Source: an uncultured delta proteobacterium
GTDB lineage: Bacteria; Desulfobacterota; Binatia; UBA9968
Reading direction: 5' to 3'
NCBI GenBank assembly: GCA_963804165.1
Contig: CAWDPO010000003.1
Coordinates: 32,001 to 96,000, forward strand
DNA length: 64,000 nt
The translations under genes and the position numbers were made by a program. Below, in pieces: positions 50,630 through 59,641 of the stretch (positions within the stretch are counted from its first letter, which is position 1; every line of letters starts with the position of its first letter). Under the pieces are notes generated by a model. It was not told the DNA's origin, ran no database searches, and saw nothing but the letters and a program-made list of their open reading frames with translations.

Positions 50630-52432
50630 TTACTTTCCGAGTTTCTTTTCCTCCGCTAACCACTTGGCAAAGACGCGGAGCGATACGCTGTTGGACGTCC
50701 CGCCGTCGGGGGGGCCATTGTAGACCGTGATCTTGACGGTGCGGTCGCCGTAGATGCCGGGATGCTGCTCGGGGCCGGGATAGGCAAAGCGGTGCGGCGC
50801 GGCGCGGGCGACGACGTTGGCGGGCACGCGCGCTTTGAGCGTGCGAATGTCGACGAACGTCGTCGGTATCGGCAGGTCGTCGACGCGGACAATCGAGTTG
50901 GTGATAAATCCGCCGCCTTCGACGGTGACCTCGAAGGCCGCGGTGCCCTCGGCGACCGTGTTGGGCGTGATCGCGCTCAGTTCGGGCGCGGGCGTGCTCG
51001 GGATCGCGCCGCGGACTTCGACCTTGGCGGTGTAGTGCGGTGTGTAGCCCAGCTCGACGAAGCGGCCGCCTTTCATCACCCGTTCGATCTTACGGGTGTT
51101 CTCGATATTCGCCAGCGGACTGGCTGAGAGGATGACCAGATCGGCGTTGACGCCCTCGCCGACAAATCCGACGGGCGGCTTGGCGGGGGATTTCTTTCTC
51201 GCCGTGAGCATTTCGGCGCCCCACAAGCTCATGGCCTGCAGCGCCTGCATCGGCGTCAGGCCGGCTTCCACCAACATCGCCATCTCCATGTGCACGCTCA
51301 AACCGCAGGTGCCGATCGATGGATCGTCGGTGCCGCCGATGATCTTGCCGCCGAGCTCGACCCAGCGCTTGATGAATTCCTGGGAGAAGCGGAAGGCATC
51401 TTTGAATTCCTGCAGGTCCTTGGGCGCTAAGTTAGCCAGCGGTACAGGATTTTCATAACGGCTCGAAAAGGTCCGCACGGCGCGGAACTTCAAGAGCAGG
51501 CTATCGGCGAGATTGCGCGGATAGTAGGTCATCAGCGCGGCGTCGCGATAGACCTCATAAACGTCGTTTTCATGCTTGCGCGCGAGACGGCTCTGGGAGC
51601 CCAGCTCGTAAACCAGCGTGGGATTGAGATAGGCGCCGCGGCCGATCGATTCTTTGATCAGTAGATCGACGCGCGTTTTGTCTCTTAAGAACGTGCCCCA
51701 GTGCAGATGCTTGCCGGTCTGAAAGCCGTGCTGCTCCTCGGGCGTCATCAATGCCTGGGCGTAGCCCCACAGATGTTCGATGCCGTCTTGGCCGGCGCGG
51801 TTTGACGCCGGCGCATCTTCGGTGTGGCCGAAGACAAACAAGCCGGCCTCATGCATCAGCTCCGCCGCCCAGTGATAGGCTTGTTTGTTGCGCTCATTGT
51901 AGGAGGGCAGCACGGCGAAGTCCGGTTTCTTGGCGATCCACTCGTTGAACTGCTCGCGCACCTGCTCGCGGGTCATATTCGGCGCCAGCGGAAAGCGATC
52001 GGCGATGCCGAAAAAGCGCGGCGAGCGCACGGCGGGCTGTTGTGAAGCGCGCGCCAATTCGACGGTGTTGCCGTTCGTACCCCAGGGGTTGAGAATGAAA
52101 ATGCTCGTGACGCCATGGTTCAAGTACAGCTCACCGCAAAAGGCGCGGCTGTGAGTGTGGCTGTCGACCAGTCCTGGGATGACGAACTTGCCGGCGAGAT
52201 TGATGACGTTGGCGTTGGCCGGGTAACTCGTCCCTTTGCCGCCCGCGGCAGTGATCTTGTCGCCCTCGATGATGATCACCGAGTCGGGGATGGCCGCTCT
52301 CCCGGTGCCGTCGATCAACGTCGCGCCCGTCAAGACCGTCGTCGTGCTCTGCTGCGACAGGCCGTCGTGGTGCGGCGAGGCGAGAACCAGCAAAGTGACG
52401 ATGGCGATAATCAGCGGTAGTCTACTAGCCAT
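50630..52432 (-). CDS. Secreted amidohydrolase with C-terminal IPT/TIG-like domain
   Basis: Signal peptide, PGLVDSHTH, GHTE, IEHL, GGTD; C-terminal P.LSAITP..V..G....VTVEGGGF...V.NGPPDGGTSN. Confidence 0.8.
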   Translation of the reverse strand: MASRLPLIIAIVTLLVLASPHHDGLSQQSTTTVLTGATLIDGTGRAAIPDSVIIIEGDKITAAGGKGTSYPANANVINLAGKFVIPGLVDSHTHSRAFCGELYLNHGVTSIFILNPWGTNGNTVELARASQQPAVRSPRFFGIADRFPLAPNMTREQVREQFNEWIAKKPDFAVLPSYNERNKQAYHWAAELMHEAGLFVFGHTEDAPASNRAGQDGIEHLWGYAQALMTPEEQHGFQTGKHLHWGTFLRDKTRVDLLIKESIGRGAYLNPTLVYELGSQSRLARKHENDVYEVYRDAALMTYYPRNLADSLLLKFRAVRTFSSRYENPVPLANLAPKDLQEFKDAFRFSQEFIKRWVELGGKIIGGTDDPSIGTCGLSVHMEMAMLVEAGLTPMQALQAMSLWGAEMLTARKKSPAKPPVGFVGEGVNADLVILSASPLANIENTRKIERVMKGGRFVELGYTPHYTAKVEVRGAIPSTPAPELSAITPNTVAEGTAAFEVTVEGGGFITNSIVRVDDLPIPTTFVDIRTLKARVPANVVARAAPHRFAYPGPEQHPGIYGDRTVKITVYNGPPDGGTSNSVSLRVFAKWLAEEKKLGK

Positions 52433-52602
52433 TTTCCACCTCGGAGATCGGATTCCTTCCAAGGCCAAGCGCGTCAAGTTGAATCGGTCTTTTCTGCGAC
52501 CGTTATGTCTCTTCGGCTTTGCTCAGGACATGCTTTGCGCGAAATTTTCCGAGACGTTGCTGTGATTCGCAGCGCCAGGTTTTCGCGTCAAGCGAACGCG
52601 TC

Positions 52603-53580
52603 CTATTTGCAAAGCGCGCGAGCAACTTCGACGATGCGCTCCGCCGTCGGCGTTACGTAATCTTCCAGCGGCACTGCGAAGGGGACGGGCACGTGCGGGA
52701 TCGTCACGCGCTTAATCGGCGCGCGCAAATATCCAAACGCCTCGTCGGCCATGATCGCGGCGAGTCCCGATGCGACGCTGCAATTGTCGTGGCTCTCGTC
52801 GGTGACGACGAGCCGGCCGGTTTTTTTCACCGAGGTGATCAGCGTTTCTTTGTCTAATGGCTCTAACGTCCGCGGATCGACGACTTCCGCGGAAATTCCT
52901 TCCTTCGCCAACGTTTCCGCAGCGGCGAGGGCGCGCGGACCTTGAACGCCGGTGGCGATAATGGTCAGGTCGCGGCCTTCGCGTTTCACTTCGGCCTTGC
53001 CGAAGGGAATTTCATATTCGCCGTCGGGCACCGAGCCGCGCAGGTTCATCAGTCTTTCGTGAGCAAAAAAGATCGTCGGATCCTGACTCTTTAACAGCGC
53101 GGTACGCAACAAGCCTTTGGCATCGGCCGGGCTGGACGGCATGGCGACCTGCAGTCCCGGTGTGTTCCAATACCAGGGCTGCGGGCTTCCCGAATGTTGC
53201 ACGCCGCCGCCGCCGCGAATGCCGTAGCGCATGAAATAGGTCACCGGCACGTTGGTTTGGCCGCCGGAGTTTGAATACGCAATGGCGGCTTCGTTGACGA
53301 TCTGCGGAATTGCTTCGTAGGAAAAAGTCGCCGTGCCGATATCGACCAGCGGTCTCAGGCCCGCCATCGCCGCGCCCGCTGCGATGCCGCAGTAGCCAAG
53401 CTCGGCGATCGGCGGAGACTTCATACGGCTTGCAAACTTCTGACGTAGACGCGCGAATTGTGCCTGAGCGGGACCCGACCCGACCAAGCCGCCGCCGATC
53501 AATACCACGCGGCGATCTTGCTCAAGAACCTCGCCGAGCGCGCTCACCAAAGCTTCACCGAAAGTCATTTCTTGTGGCAT
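52603..53580 (-). CDS. 2-oxoacid/acetoin dehydrogenase E1 beta-like subunit
   Basis: PIAE, GLRP, QHS, TPGL, DAKGLL, KTGRLVV. Confidence 0.9.
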   Translation of the reverse strand: MPQEMTFGEALVSALGEVLEQDRRVVLIGGGLVGSGPAQAQFARLRQKFASRMKSPPIAELGYCGIAAGAAMAGLRPLVDIGTATFSYEAIPQIVNEAAIAYSNSGGQTNVPVTYFMRYGIRGGGGVQHSGSPQPWYWNTPGLQVAMPSSPADAKGLLRTALLKSQDPTIFFAHERLMNLRGSVPDGEYEIPFGKAEVKREGRDLTIIATGVQGPRALAAAETLAKEGISAEVVDPRTLEPLDKETLITSVKKTGRLVVTDESHDNCSVASGLAAIMADEAFGYLRAPIKRVTIPHVPVPFAVPLEDYVTPTAERIVEVARALCK

Positions 53581-53583
53581 GGC

Positions 53584-54606
53584 TCAATTACCTCTTCCCG
53601 CGTAGGCAAACTTGACCGCCGCTTTAGGATCAGGGAGCGGGCTTTCCAAGGCGAAGCGCGCGGCCTGGTCGGCTTGCTTTCGAACTTCCTCATCGAGCCG
53701 TTCAATTTCTTCACGGCTGACTCCGGCGCTTTTCACCAGCTCGCGCGCATAGATAAAAATCGGATCTCCTTCGGCATACCAGGAGCGGACGTTTTCGGAG
53801 ACCGGGCTGGGATCCCACGCCCATTGGATATCAGTTTTGCCGGCGACGAGCTTTGGATAGGTGGTGTCGTTGCCCGGCCAGGGATGAGTTTGCGCTTCGA
53901 CGAAAAATGGCCCTTCGCCGGCGCGAATGCGCTGGACGAGCTCGCTTGTGGTTTTATACATCGCGCCCACGTCGCCGCCGTCGACGACAGTGGTTTCGAC
54001 GTTGAGCGCGCGCGGAACGTTGGACAACTCCTTGGCGCTGTGGCTCGCGCCGGTGTGCCCGGCGCGCCGGTAATTATTTTCCATCAGGAAGATCAGCGGC
54101 AGCTGCCAGAGTTTCGCGATGTTCAATGCCTCGTAGAAAACGCCTTCTTCCATGGCGCCGTCTCCGAAAAAGACCACCGACACCGCGCCAGTTTGCTGCA
54201 CCTGCGAGGCGAACGCCGTCCCGGCGGCGAGCGCGAGACATCCACCCACGATGGCCGAGGTGTGAACGATTTTCAGATCAGGCGCAGCGACGTGAAACGT
54301 TCCCGCGCGACCGCGGCAGTAGCCGGTATCGCGCCCGATGATCTCCGCCAGAACTTTGCCTGGATCGCCGCCTTTGGCGATCACGTGGCCGTGATTTCGG
54401 TGCGTGCTGAATACATAGTCCTCCTTCGCCAGGGCTTCGCATACTCCGACGCCGGTGGCCTCCTGACCGATGTAGACATGAAAGTGACCGCGAATGAGAC
54501 CCTCGTAGTCTTCATTGAACCGAATGACATGCTCTTCGGCGCGCCGGATCATCAGCATCTTTTGCAGGACGTCAAGCTGCTTGTCTCGGGACATTTCAGG
54601 TAGCAT
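53584..54606 (-). CDS. 2-oxoacid/acetoin dehydrogenase E1 alpha-like subunit
   Basis: HVYIGQEA, STHRNHGH, TPP motif GDGA...ENN. Confidence 0.9.
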   Translation of the reverse strand: MLPEMSRDKQLDVLQKMLMIRRAEEHVIRFNEDYEGLIRGHFHVYIGQEATGVGVCEALAKEDYVFSTHRNHGHVIAKGGDPGKVLAEIIGRDTGYCRGRAGTFHVAAPDLKIVHTSAIVGGCLALAAGTAFASQVQQTGAVSVVFFGDGAMEEGVFYEALNIAKLWQLPLIFLMENNYRRAGHTGASHSAKELSNVPRALNVETTVVDGGDVGAMYKTTSELVQRIRAGEGPFFVEAQTHPWPGNDTTYPKLVAGKTDIQWAWDPSPVSENVRSWYAEGDPIFIYARELVKSAGVSREEIERLDEEVRKQADQAARFALESPLPDPKAAVKFAYAGRGN

Positions 54607-54705
54607 TTGTTTCCTCCCTCTGTTTCGTGTTCTCATCAATTGCGACGGGTCATCGACAATCAAACGTGGCGCGATGACCGGGCGCCGAGCGACCGCGTCG
54701 AATCC

Positions 54706-55134
54706 TCAGCTGGTAATGTAGCGCTCCAGCTGCTCGATAATAAATTTTTGATCGTCGATAATCGACTTCACCAGATCGCCGATGGAGATGATGCCGACCA
54801 ATTTTCCTTCTTCGATGACGGGCAGATGGCGCACGCGCTTGTCCGTCATGATGGCCATGCATTCCTCGATCGGTTGGTCCAAATGGGTGCACGCGACGTG
54901 AGTCGTCATGATTTCCTTGACCTTGGTCGTCGGAGAGGCGCGGCCCTGAAGAATGACTTTACGGGCGTAGTCGCGCTCGGAGATGATGCCGACGAGTTTT
55001 GGCCCGTCCGCGACCAGTAGGGCGCCGACTTCTTTTTCCGCCATGCGCCCCAGGGCTTCGAATACCGAGGCGTTGAGCTCTATGGTCCATACCTCGCGCC
55101 CTTTAACGGCTAGGATGTCTCTGACCGTCTTCAT
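54706..55134 (-). CDS. CBS-domain pair protein
   Basis: VGALLV, GIISERDY, RHLPV, GIISIGDLV. Confidence 0.9.
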   Translation of the reverse strand: MKTVRDILAVKGREVWTIELNASVFEALGRMAEKEVGALLVADGPKLVGIISERDYARKVILQGRASPTTKVKEIMTTHVACTHLDQPIEECMAIMTDKRVRHLPVIEEGKLVGIISIGDLVKSIIDDQKFIIEQLERYITS

Positions 55135-55302
55135 GGGAGACCTCCCTATGTGAAGTACAAATGCAGCCCGATGAGACTTATATAACCAATTCACTATTCA
55201 GTGAAAGGGGCGGGCCGGCATCTTCCCAATTCTATACTTGCGCCGCCTGAAGGATTCAATTAAATTTTTCGACCATCACTACAGGAGATCATTAAATCGA
55301 CT

Positions 55303-55641
55303 ATGAAGTGTCCAAAGTGCCAGACCGAAACCCTCGGTGAATTCTCAGTGCACGGAGTTGCCGTGGATCGCTGCACGTCCTGTGCCGGCCTATGGTTCGA
55401 CTCGCACGAGCTTGTCCAACTCCTCGCCGAAGAAGCGCGCCACGTCGCGTCGCTGCGCCGGGGCCATGTCAAAGAAGAGGTCGAAGGAAAAAGAGGTAAG
55501 TGTCCGCGCGAAGGATCAGAACTTCTGCGGGTCTATAGCAGTATCGAACCGTCGGTTGTTTTGGACGCCTGTCCTGACTGCCGCGGCATCTGGCTCGACG
55601 GCGGCGAATTCGACAAACTCTTCGCCGCACGCCCGCACTAG
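55303..55641 (+). CDS. Tandem zf-TFIIB domain protein
   Basis: CPKC..DRC..C.GLWFD..EL repeated as CP...DAC.DC.GIWLDGGEF. Confidence 0.85.
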   Translation: MKCPKCQTETLGEFSVHGVAVDRCTSCAGLWFDSHELVQLLAEEARHVASLRRGHVKEEVEGKRGKCPREGSELLRVYSSIEPSVVLDACPDCRGIWLDGGEFDKLFAARPH

Positions 55642-55695
55642 GCGGGTGCCCCGGGATGAAATAAAGGCGTCAGCTGCAAATCAAAGGAATGAACG

Positions 55696-56721
55696 ATGAA
55701 TGATCTCCTATCAGCACGTTGGAGCACGATCGTCCTGGCTGTACTCTGGTCGATCATGATGGCATGGAATTCCCAGAGCGCGGAACAAACACTTACCGCG
55801 AAGCCGGAAAAAACCCGCCTGGAAGTCGGCACGGCGGGCTCGGGCACCACGAGTCTGCCGCTCTTCGTTGCCCTCGAAGCCGGCTACTTTGCCAAGCGGG
55901 GTCTTAACGTCACGGTCAATCAAGTCGGCGCGACCATCGCGGTCCAGGGCGTTATTTCGGGAACCATCGATATTTATCAGGGCGGCACCGCCGCCATCGC
56001 GGCGAATTTGGCCGGCGCGGATATTATTTACGTCGCGGCGGCGGTGGACAAGAACTCGCTCAACTTGTTCGGACAAAAGGGAATCACCTCTTTCGAGAGC
56101 TTGCGCGGCAAATCGATCGCGACTACGTTTCCCGGCGCCTTCGGCGAAATCGCGATTCGCATGAGCGCCCGCAAACAAGGCATGGAGGTCGGCAAAGATT
56201 TGAAACTGCTCTATCATCGCTCGCCACCGGAGGCGCTCTCGACCTTTTTCTTGGGCAATGCCGATGCTCTCGTCATCACTCCACCGCAAACCGAGCTGGC
56301 CAAACAGCAGGGCTATCCAATCATTATCGACTACTACAAAGAAGGATTAAAAATCGTCGGTCCGGGCACTTCGGTGACGCGCGAGTTTTTACAAAAGCAT
56401 CCGAATACGATCAAGGCGTTTCTCATGAGTTATCTCGATGGTGTGAAAAGGGCCGTTGACGATGAAGAATTCGCCAAGAAGATCGAGTCGAAGTACACCA
56501 AGATTTCCGACCCTAAAATCTTGTCTGAAAACTACCAGCAAGGATTGCGGGTGTGGAACAAGGACATGACCGTGGATCCGGCGGCGATCCGGGTGGTATT
56601 GGATGAATCGTCGGATGCCAAGGCGAAAAGCGCCGACGCAAAGAAGTTTTACGACAATACTCTCATTCAGGCGGTCAACCGCGACTATGCGTCGAAGCTG
56701 TTTCCGGGGGAAGTAAAGTAA
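55696..56721 (+). CDS. ABC substrate-binding protein (NMT1/SsuA-like)
   Basis: Signal peptide, GYFAKRGLNV, LRGKSIA. Confidence 0.85.
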   Translation: MNDLLSARWSTIVLAVLWSIMMAWNSQSAEQTLTAKPEKTRLEVGTAGSGTTSLPLFVALEAGYFAKRGLNVTVNQVGATIAVQGVISGTIDIYQGGTAAIAANLAGADIIYVAAAVDKNSLNLFGQKGITSFESLRGKSIATTFPGAFGEIAIRMSARKQGMEVGKDLKLLYHRSPPEALSTFFLGNADALVITPPQTELAKQQGYPIIIDYYKEGLKIVGPGTSVTREFLQKHPNTIKAFLMSYLDGVKRAVDDEEFAKKIESKYTKISDPKILSENYQQGLRVWNKDMTVDPAAIRVVLDESSDAKAKSADAKKFYDNTLIQAVNRDYASKLFPGEVK

Positions 56722-56845
56722 ATCATAAGACGTGAGGGTGAAGGTAAGGCGTAAGGCGCAGGAAGCGCTTCACGGTCTCAAATCGTCGGCTCGGAAAGAC
56801 AAACGGGTTGATGAGAAAACTAGACTAGGTCAAACGGCGAGAAAT

Positions 56846-57511
56846 TTAGTGATGTCCCGGGCTTTCCCATACGGCCATAGCGGCGCGGCAGCACAGAACG
56901 TCTTGCTCCGGGCGGGTCGCGCCGGCGACGCCGATGGCGCCGACGATGGTGACGCCGTTGAGAATCGGCACCGCGCCGCTCACGGCCATCATCCGTCCGT
57001 GATGGGAAACCATCAGACTGCGCAGCCACGGTTGGCGCGCCTGCTGCGCCAGCTCCGCGGTCGGCACATGGAGTGCGGCGGCGGTGTAGGCTTTGTTGAA
57101 GGCTAGCTCCGTCGATCTCGGTTCCGCTTTGTCCATTTTTCCCACGGCAATGGGTGCGCCGGCTTCGTCGACGACAGCGGCGCTGACCGCGATGCCAAAC
57201 AGCTGCGCGTAATCCTGGGCGGCATGAATCATCTCCCACGCTATGTCGAATGGCACCGGTCCGACCGCTGCTTTGTTCTTGCGGAAGAAGGCTGCGTTTA
57301 CTTCGATCGATGGAACGTGCTCGGCGGGGATATCGATATCTTTGAAGATCGCGTCCACCGGGCAAACGATCTCGCATTGCTCGCAATCGATACAGACTTC
57401 AGGATCGATGTAGAACTGCGGCGCGCCGGGCGTAGTGTGAATGCACGCGACCGGGCAAACTTCGACGCAGGCGCCGTCGTTGGTGCACAGGCTGGTGATG
57501 ATGTACGGCAT
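56846..57511 (-). CDS. Ferredoxin (FdxA-like dicluster)-GlcG/HbpS fusion protein
   Basis: N-terminal CTNDGACVEVCPVAC and CIDCEQCEIVCP; C-terminal AVVDEAG, AFNKAYTAA, GAVP, VGAIGVAG..PEQD. Confidence 0.85.
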   Translation of the reverse strand: MPYIITSLCTNDGACVEVCPVACIHTTPGAPQFYIDPEVCIDCEQCEIVCPVDAIFKDIDIPAEHVPSIEVNAAFFRKNKAAVGPVPFDIAWEMIHAAQDYAQLFGIAVSAAVVDEAGAPIAVGKMDKAEPRSTELAFNKAYTAAALHVPTAELAQQARQPWLRSLMVSHHGRMMAVSGAVPILNGVTIVGAIGVAGATRPEQDVLCCRAAMAVWESPGHH

Positions 57512-57534
57512 TCAAATGTCTCCCAGAATAAATG

Positions 57535-57648
57535 AGTTCAAGGTTCAAGTTCCAGCCCCCACCTCTTTCCTCCCCCGCGTCGCGGGGGAGGATGAAGGAG
57601 GGGGATTGAACAGAGCGGAGCGGTTGAACGGCTTGAACATTTTGAACT
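57535..57648. repeat. Composite repeat (GTTCAA/TTGAAC units around a CTCCCCCGC..GCGGGGGAG hairpin)
   Basis: Read directly; lies inside the operon between two genes. Confidence 0.6.
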
Positions 57649-57656
57649 CTCTTCAG

Positions 57657-58241
57657 TTAGCCGTCCGCCGCGAGCGGCAAATCGGTGCGGATTACGTTGG
57701 CCACGTGAGCGTTGGCGCCAAACCGTGGCGTTACCAATCTTCCTTCTTTATCCAGCGTGCCGAGACCGGCTCTGGCGGCCAACTTTTCAGCATCCGCGTC
57801 CGGAGCGGCGGTAGCACGATAACCCAGCTCCCTGATCCACGCGCTCAGCACGAAGCTGATGAAAAGCCCTTTTTGCACCGGCACCTGGCCGCCGATGCCT
57901 GGTGATTCGCGTGGATCGTAATCGGCATGCACCGCGCAAATGACCGCAAACGGATAGAATTCACCGTTGCGTGTATCTTCGGGAGTCAGTCTGGCGATGC
58001 CCGTCATCTCGGCGCCGAAGTACTCCGCCATTCCTTTTAGATGACCCGAGGTGATCTCGGGGGTGTGCAGCTCGGTTTTCGTTGGAAAAACGTTGCCCTC
58101 GGGGGCGTTGCGGATCATCTCGGTGACCGTATTCGCGAGATCCGCGGCGGGTGTTTTGATGAAAAAATCCCAGTAGGGATCGTCCTTGTGAGAGTTTTTC
58201 CCGAGCCAGGGTAACTTGAGCGGACCAAGTCGCAAGGCCAC
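57657..58241 (-). CDS. Short reductive-dehalogenase/QueG-like protein lacking the Fe-S domain
   Basis: LKGMAEYFGAEMTGIA, RELGYRA, AGLG...VTPRFG, TDLPLAADG*; GTG start overlaps the upstream TAG. Confidence 0.72.
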   Translation of the reverse strand: MALRLGPLKLPWLGKNSHKDDPYWDFFIKTPAADLANTVTEMIRNAPEGNVFPTKTELHTPEITSGHLKGMAEYFGAEMTGIARLTPEDTRNGEFYPFAVICAVHADYDPRESPGIGGQVPVQKGLFISFVLSAWIRELGYRATAAPDADAEKLAARAGLGTLDKEGRLVTPRFGANAHVANVIRTDLPLAADG

Positions 58242-59581
58242 TAGGCGTCCCGTTTGACGAATCGATTCGTGTTCTCTTTGAGCGGCGCGTAGTAGCCGAC
58301 ATTTCCCGTGACGGCGCTTGCCGCACTCTTCTCGTGCGAGGCGTTACAGCCGGCGACGGTGCAAGCGTGCTCACCCGGCTTGACGCCGGAGTCGTAGCCG
58401 AGCCAGGTGACGCGGGCATTGCGCACGACGCCCCAGAAGCGGTCGTCGATCCATTTGAGAAAACGCACCAACGCCGGACGCGCGAAGTAAGGAAAAGCAT
58501 GAAGCATCGACACCGTCATCGTGTGCCACCAGACATTCGGTTTGGTAAACGGGCAGACGGTGGCGCAGGTGAGGCAGCTGCCCCAATGTTCGTGCACGTA
58601 CGGTCTGAGCTTGTAGCAAGTGAGCCAATTGATCTTGTATTTTTCGATACCGTTGAAGACCACCTTGTCGCCGAACGGAATGCTGTTGGTCGGACAAGTG
58701 TTGGCGCATTTGCGGCAAATTTTGCAAAAGTCATCGACGCCGATATCCACCGGCTCGTCTGCGACCAGCGGCAGGTCGGTTAAGATAGGGTCGGGCATAT
58801 GAATGCGGGCGCCGAAATTTTTGTTAATCACCAGTCCATTTCTGCCCAATTCGCCGATGCCTCCGGCCACGCCCGCCGCCTGCGGAGTCACTACGCCGCG
58901 GAGCGCCGTGTAGCCCAGTTCTTTGATGTAGCCTTCGAGCGCCTTCAGCACCATCACGCCTTTCATTTGCGACACGTGGTACGCGGCGTCGCCGATCTGA
59001 TGGCGGTGTGCCTGAAGTTTGTTGTAGTCCCACGCGGTCGTCGCTTGGATGACATAGGGAAACTTCCGCGCCAGATCTTCCGGCGAATTGCTTTGGAAGT
59101 CGTCCTTCGCCGTGCCGTCCTGGACGTAGCGGCCTCCGCCGGCGGCATAAAGATAAGAAGGGTGCGTCTTGGCGATGCCGACGACATCGGCTCCCATATA
59201 GAGGGCGACGGCTTTGATGTGGCGCGCCATCGCCGCGGGATCGTCCACCGCGACTTTTTGCGAATTGACTTTGCCGTTGCTCGACCGATTGATTACGTTG
59301 GTCAGAAAATGTCTGCGATCGGCGAAGTGGTTGGGAGCCGAGACGCGGGTCAAGGGATCTTTGGAGACGGTGTTGCGATACCAGTTGAACAGCGGTTTGC
59401 CGAGCTCGCCGCGCTGATTTTTCGGATGCGGCGACTGGTTCATGTCGACGTTGACATGCTCACCGACGATTTTGACCGACCGCCCAAGGTAAGGCGTCGG
59501 AAATTCTTCGCCGGCGTGTCCGCCGTTGGTGCCCGTAATTTCGCTGGGCTGTTGCGCTTTCTTCTCAACTGTCAGGGCCAT
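58241..59581 (-). CDS. Reductive dehalogenase-like (RdhA/QueG superfamily) cobalamin-[4Fe-4S]2 protein, no Tat signal
   Basis: IKAVALYMGADVVGIA, ELGY.A, GIGELGRNGLVI...FG, TDLPL..D.P.D.G, FCKICRKCANTCP, C..CLTCATVCPF, DDRFWG. Confidence 0.85.
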   Translation of the reverse strand: MALTVEKKAQQPSEITGTNGGHAGEEFPTPYLGRSVKIVGEHVNVDMNQSPHPKNQRGELGKPLFNWYRNTVSKDPLTRVSAPNHFADRRHFLTNVINRSSNGKVNSQKVAVDDPAAMARHIKAVALYMGADVVGIAKTHPSYLYAAGGGRYVQDGTAKDDFQSNSPEDLARKFPYVIQATTAWDYNKLQAHRHQIGDAAYHVSQMKGVMVLKALEGYIKELGYTALRGVVTPQAAGVAGGIGELGRNGLVINKNFGARIHMPDPILTDLPLVADEPVDIGVDDFCKICRKCANTCPTNSIPFGDKVVFNGIEKYKINWLTCYKLRPYVHEHWGSCLTCATVCPFTKPNVWWHTMTVSMLHAFPYFARPALVRFLKWIDDRFWGVVRNARVTWLGYDSGVKPGEHACTVAGCNASHEKSAASAVTGNVGYYAPLKENTNRFVKRDA

Positions 59582-59641
59582 AACACACTCCTTTTTAGAT
59601 CGGTGCGTAATCGGCTGTTCAATGGTTCAAGCCAAATAATG

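Noticed and set aside
53458-54603. Long antisense ORFs (also 8880-9965, 12811-13812, 17546-18619, 58799-59647)
   Set aside because: Shadow frames of well-supported genes in GC-rich DNA, with no recognisable motifs.
59290-59330. RRHFL as a Tat motif of the Rdh-like protein
   Set aside because: It lies about 88 residues in and has no following hydrophobic region, while a good RBS precedes ATG 59581.
58241-59581. Housekeeping queG
   Set aside because: QueG-specific motifs (such as YA.G.DYH and GCD.CQ) were not seen; the C-terminal and Fe-S spacing resemble RdhA more.
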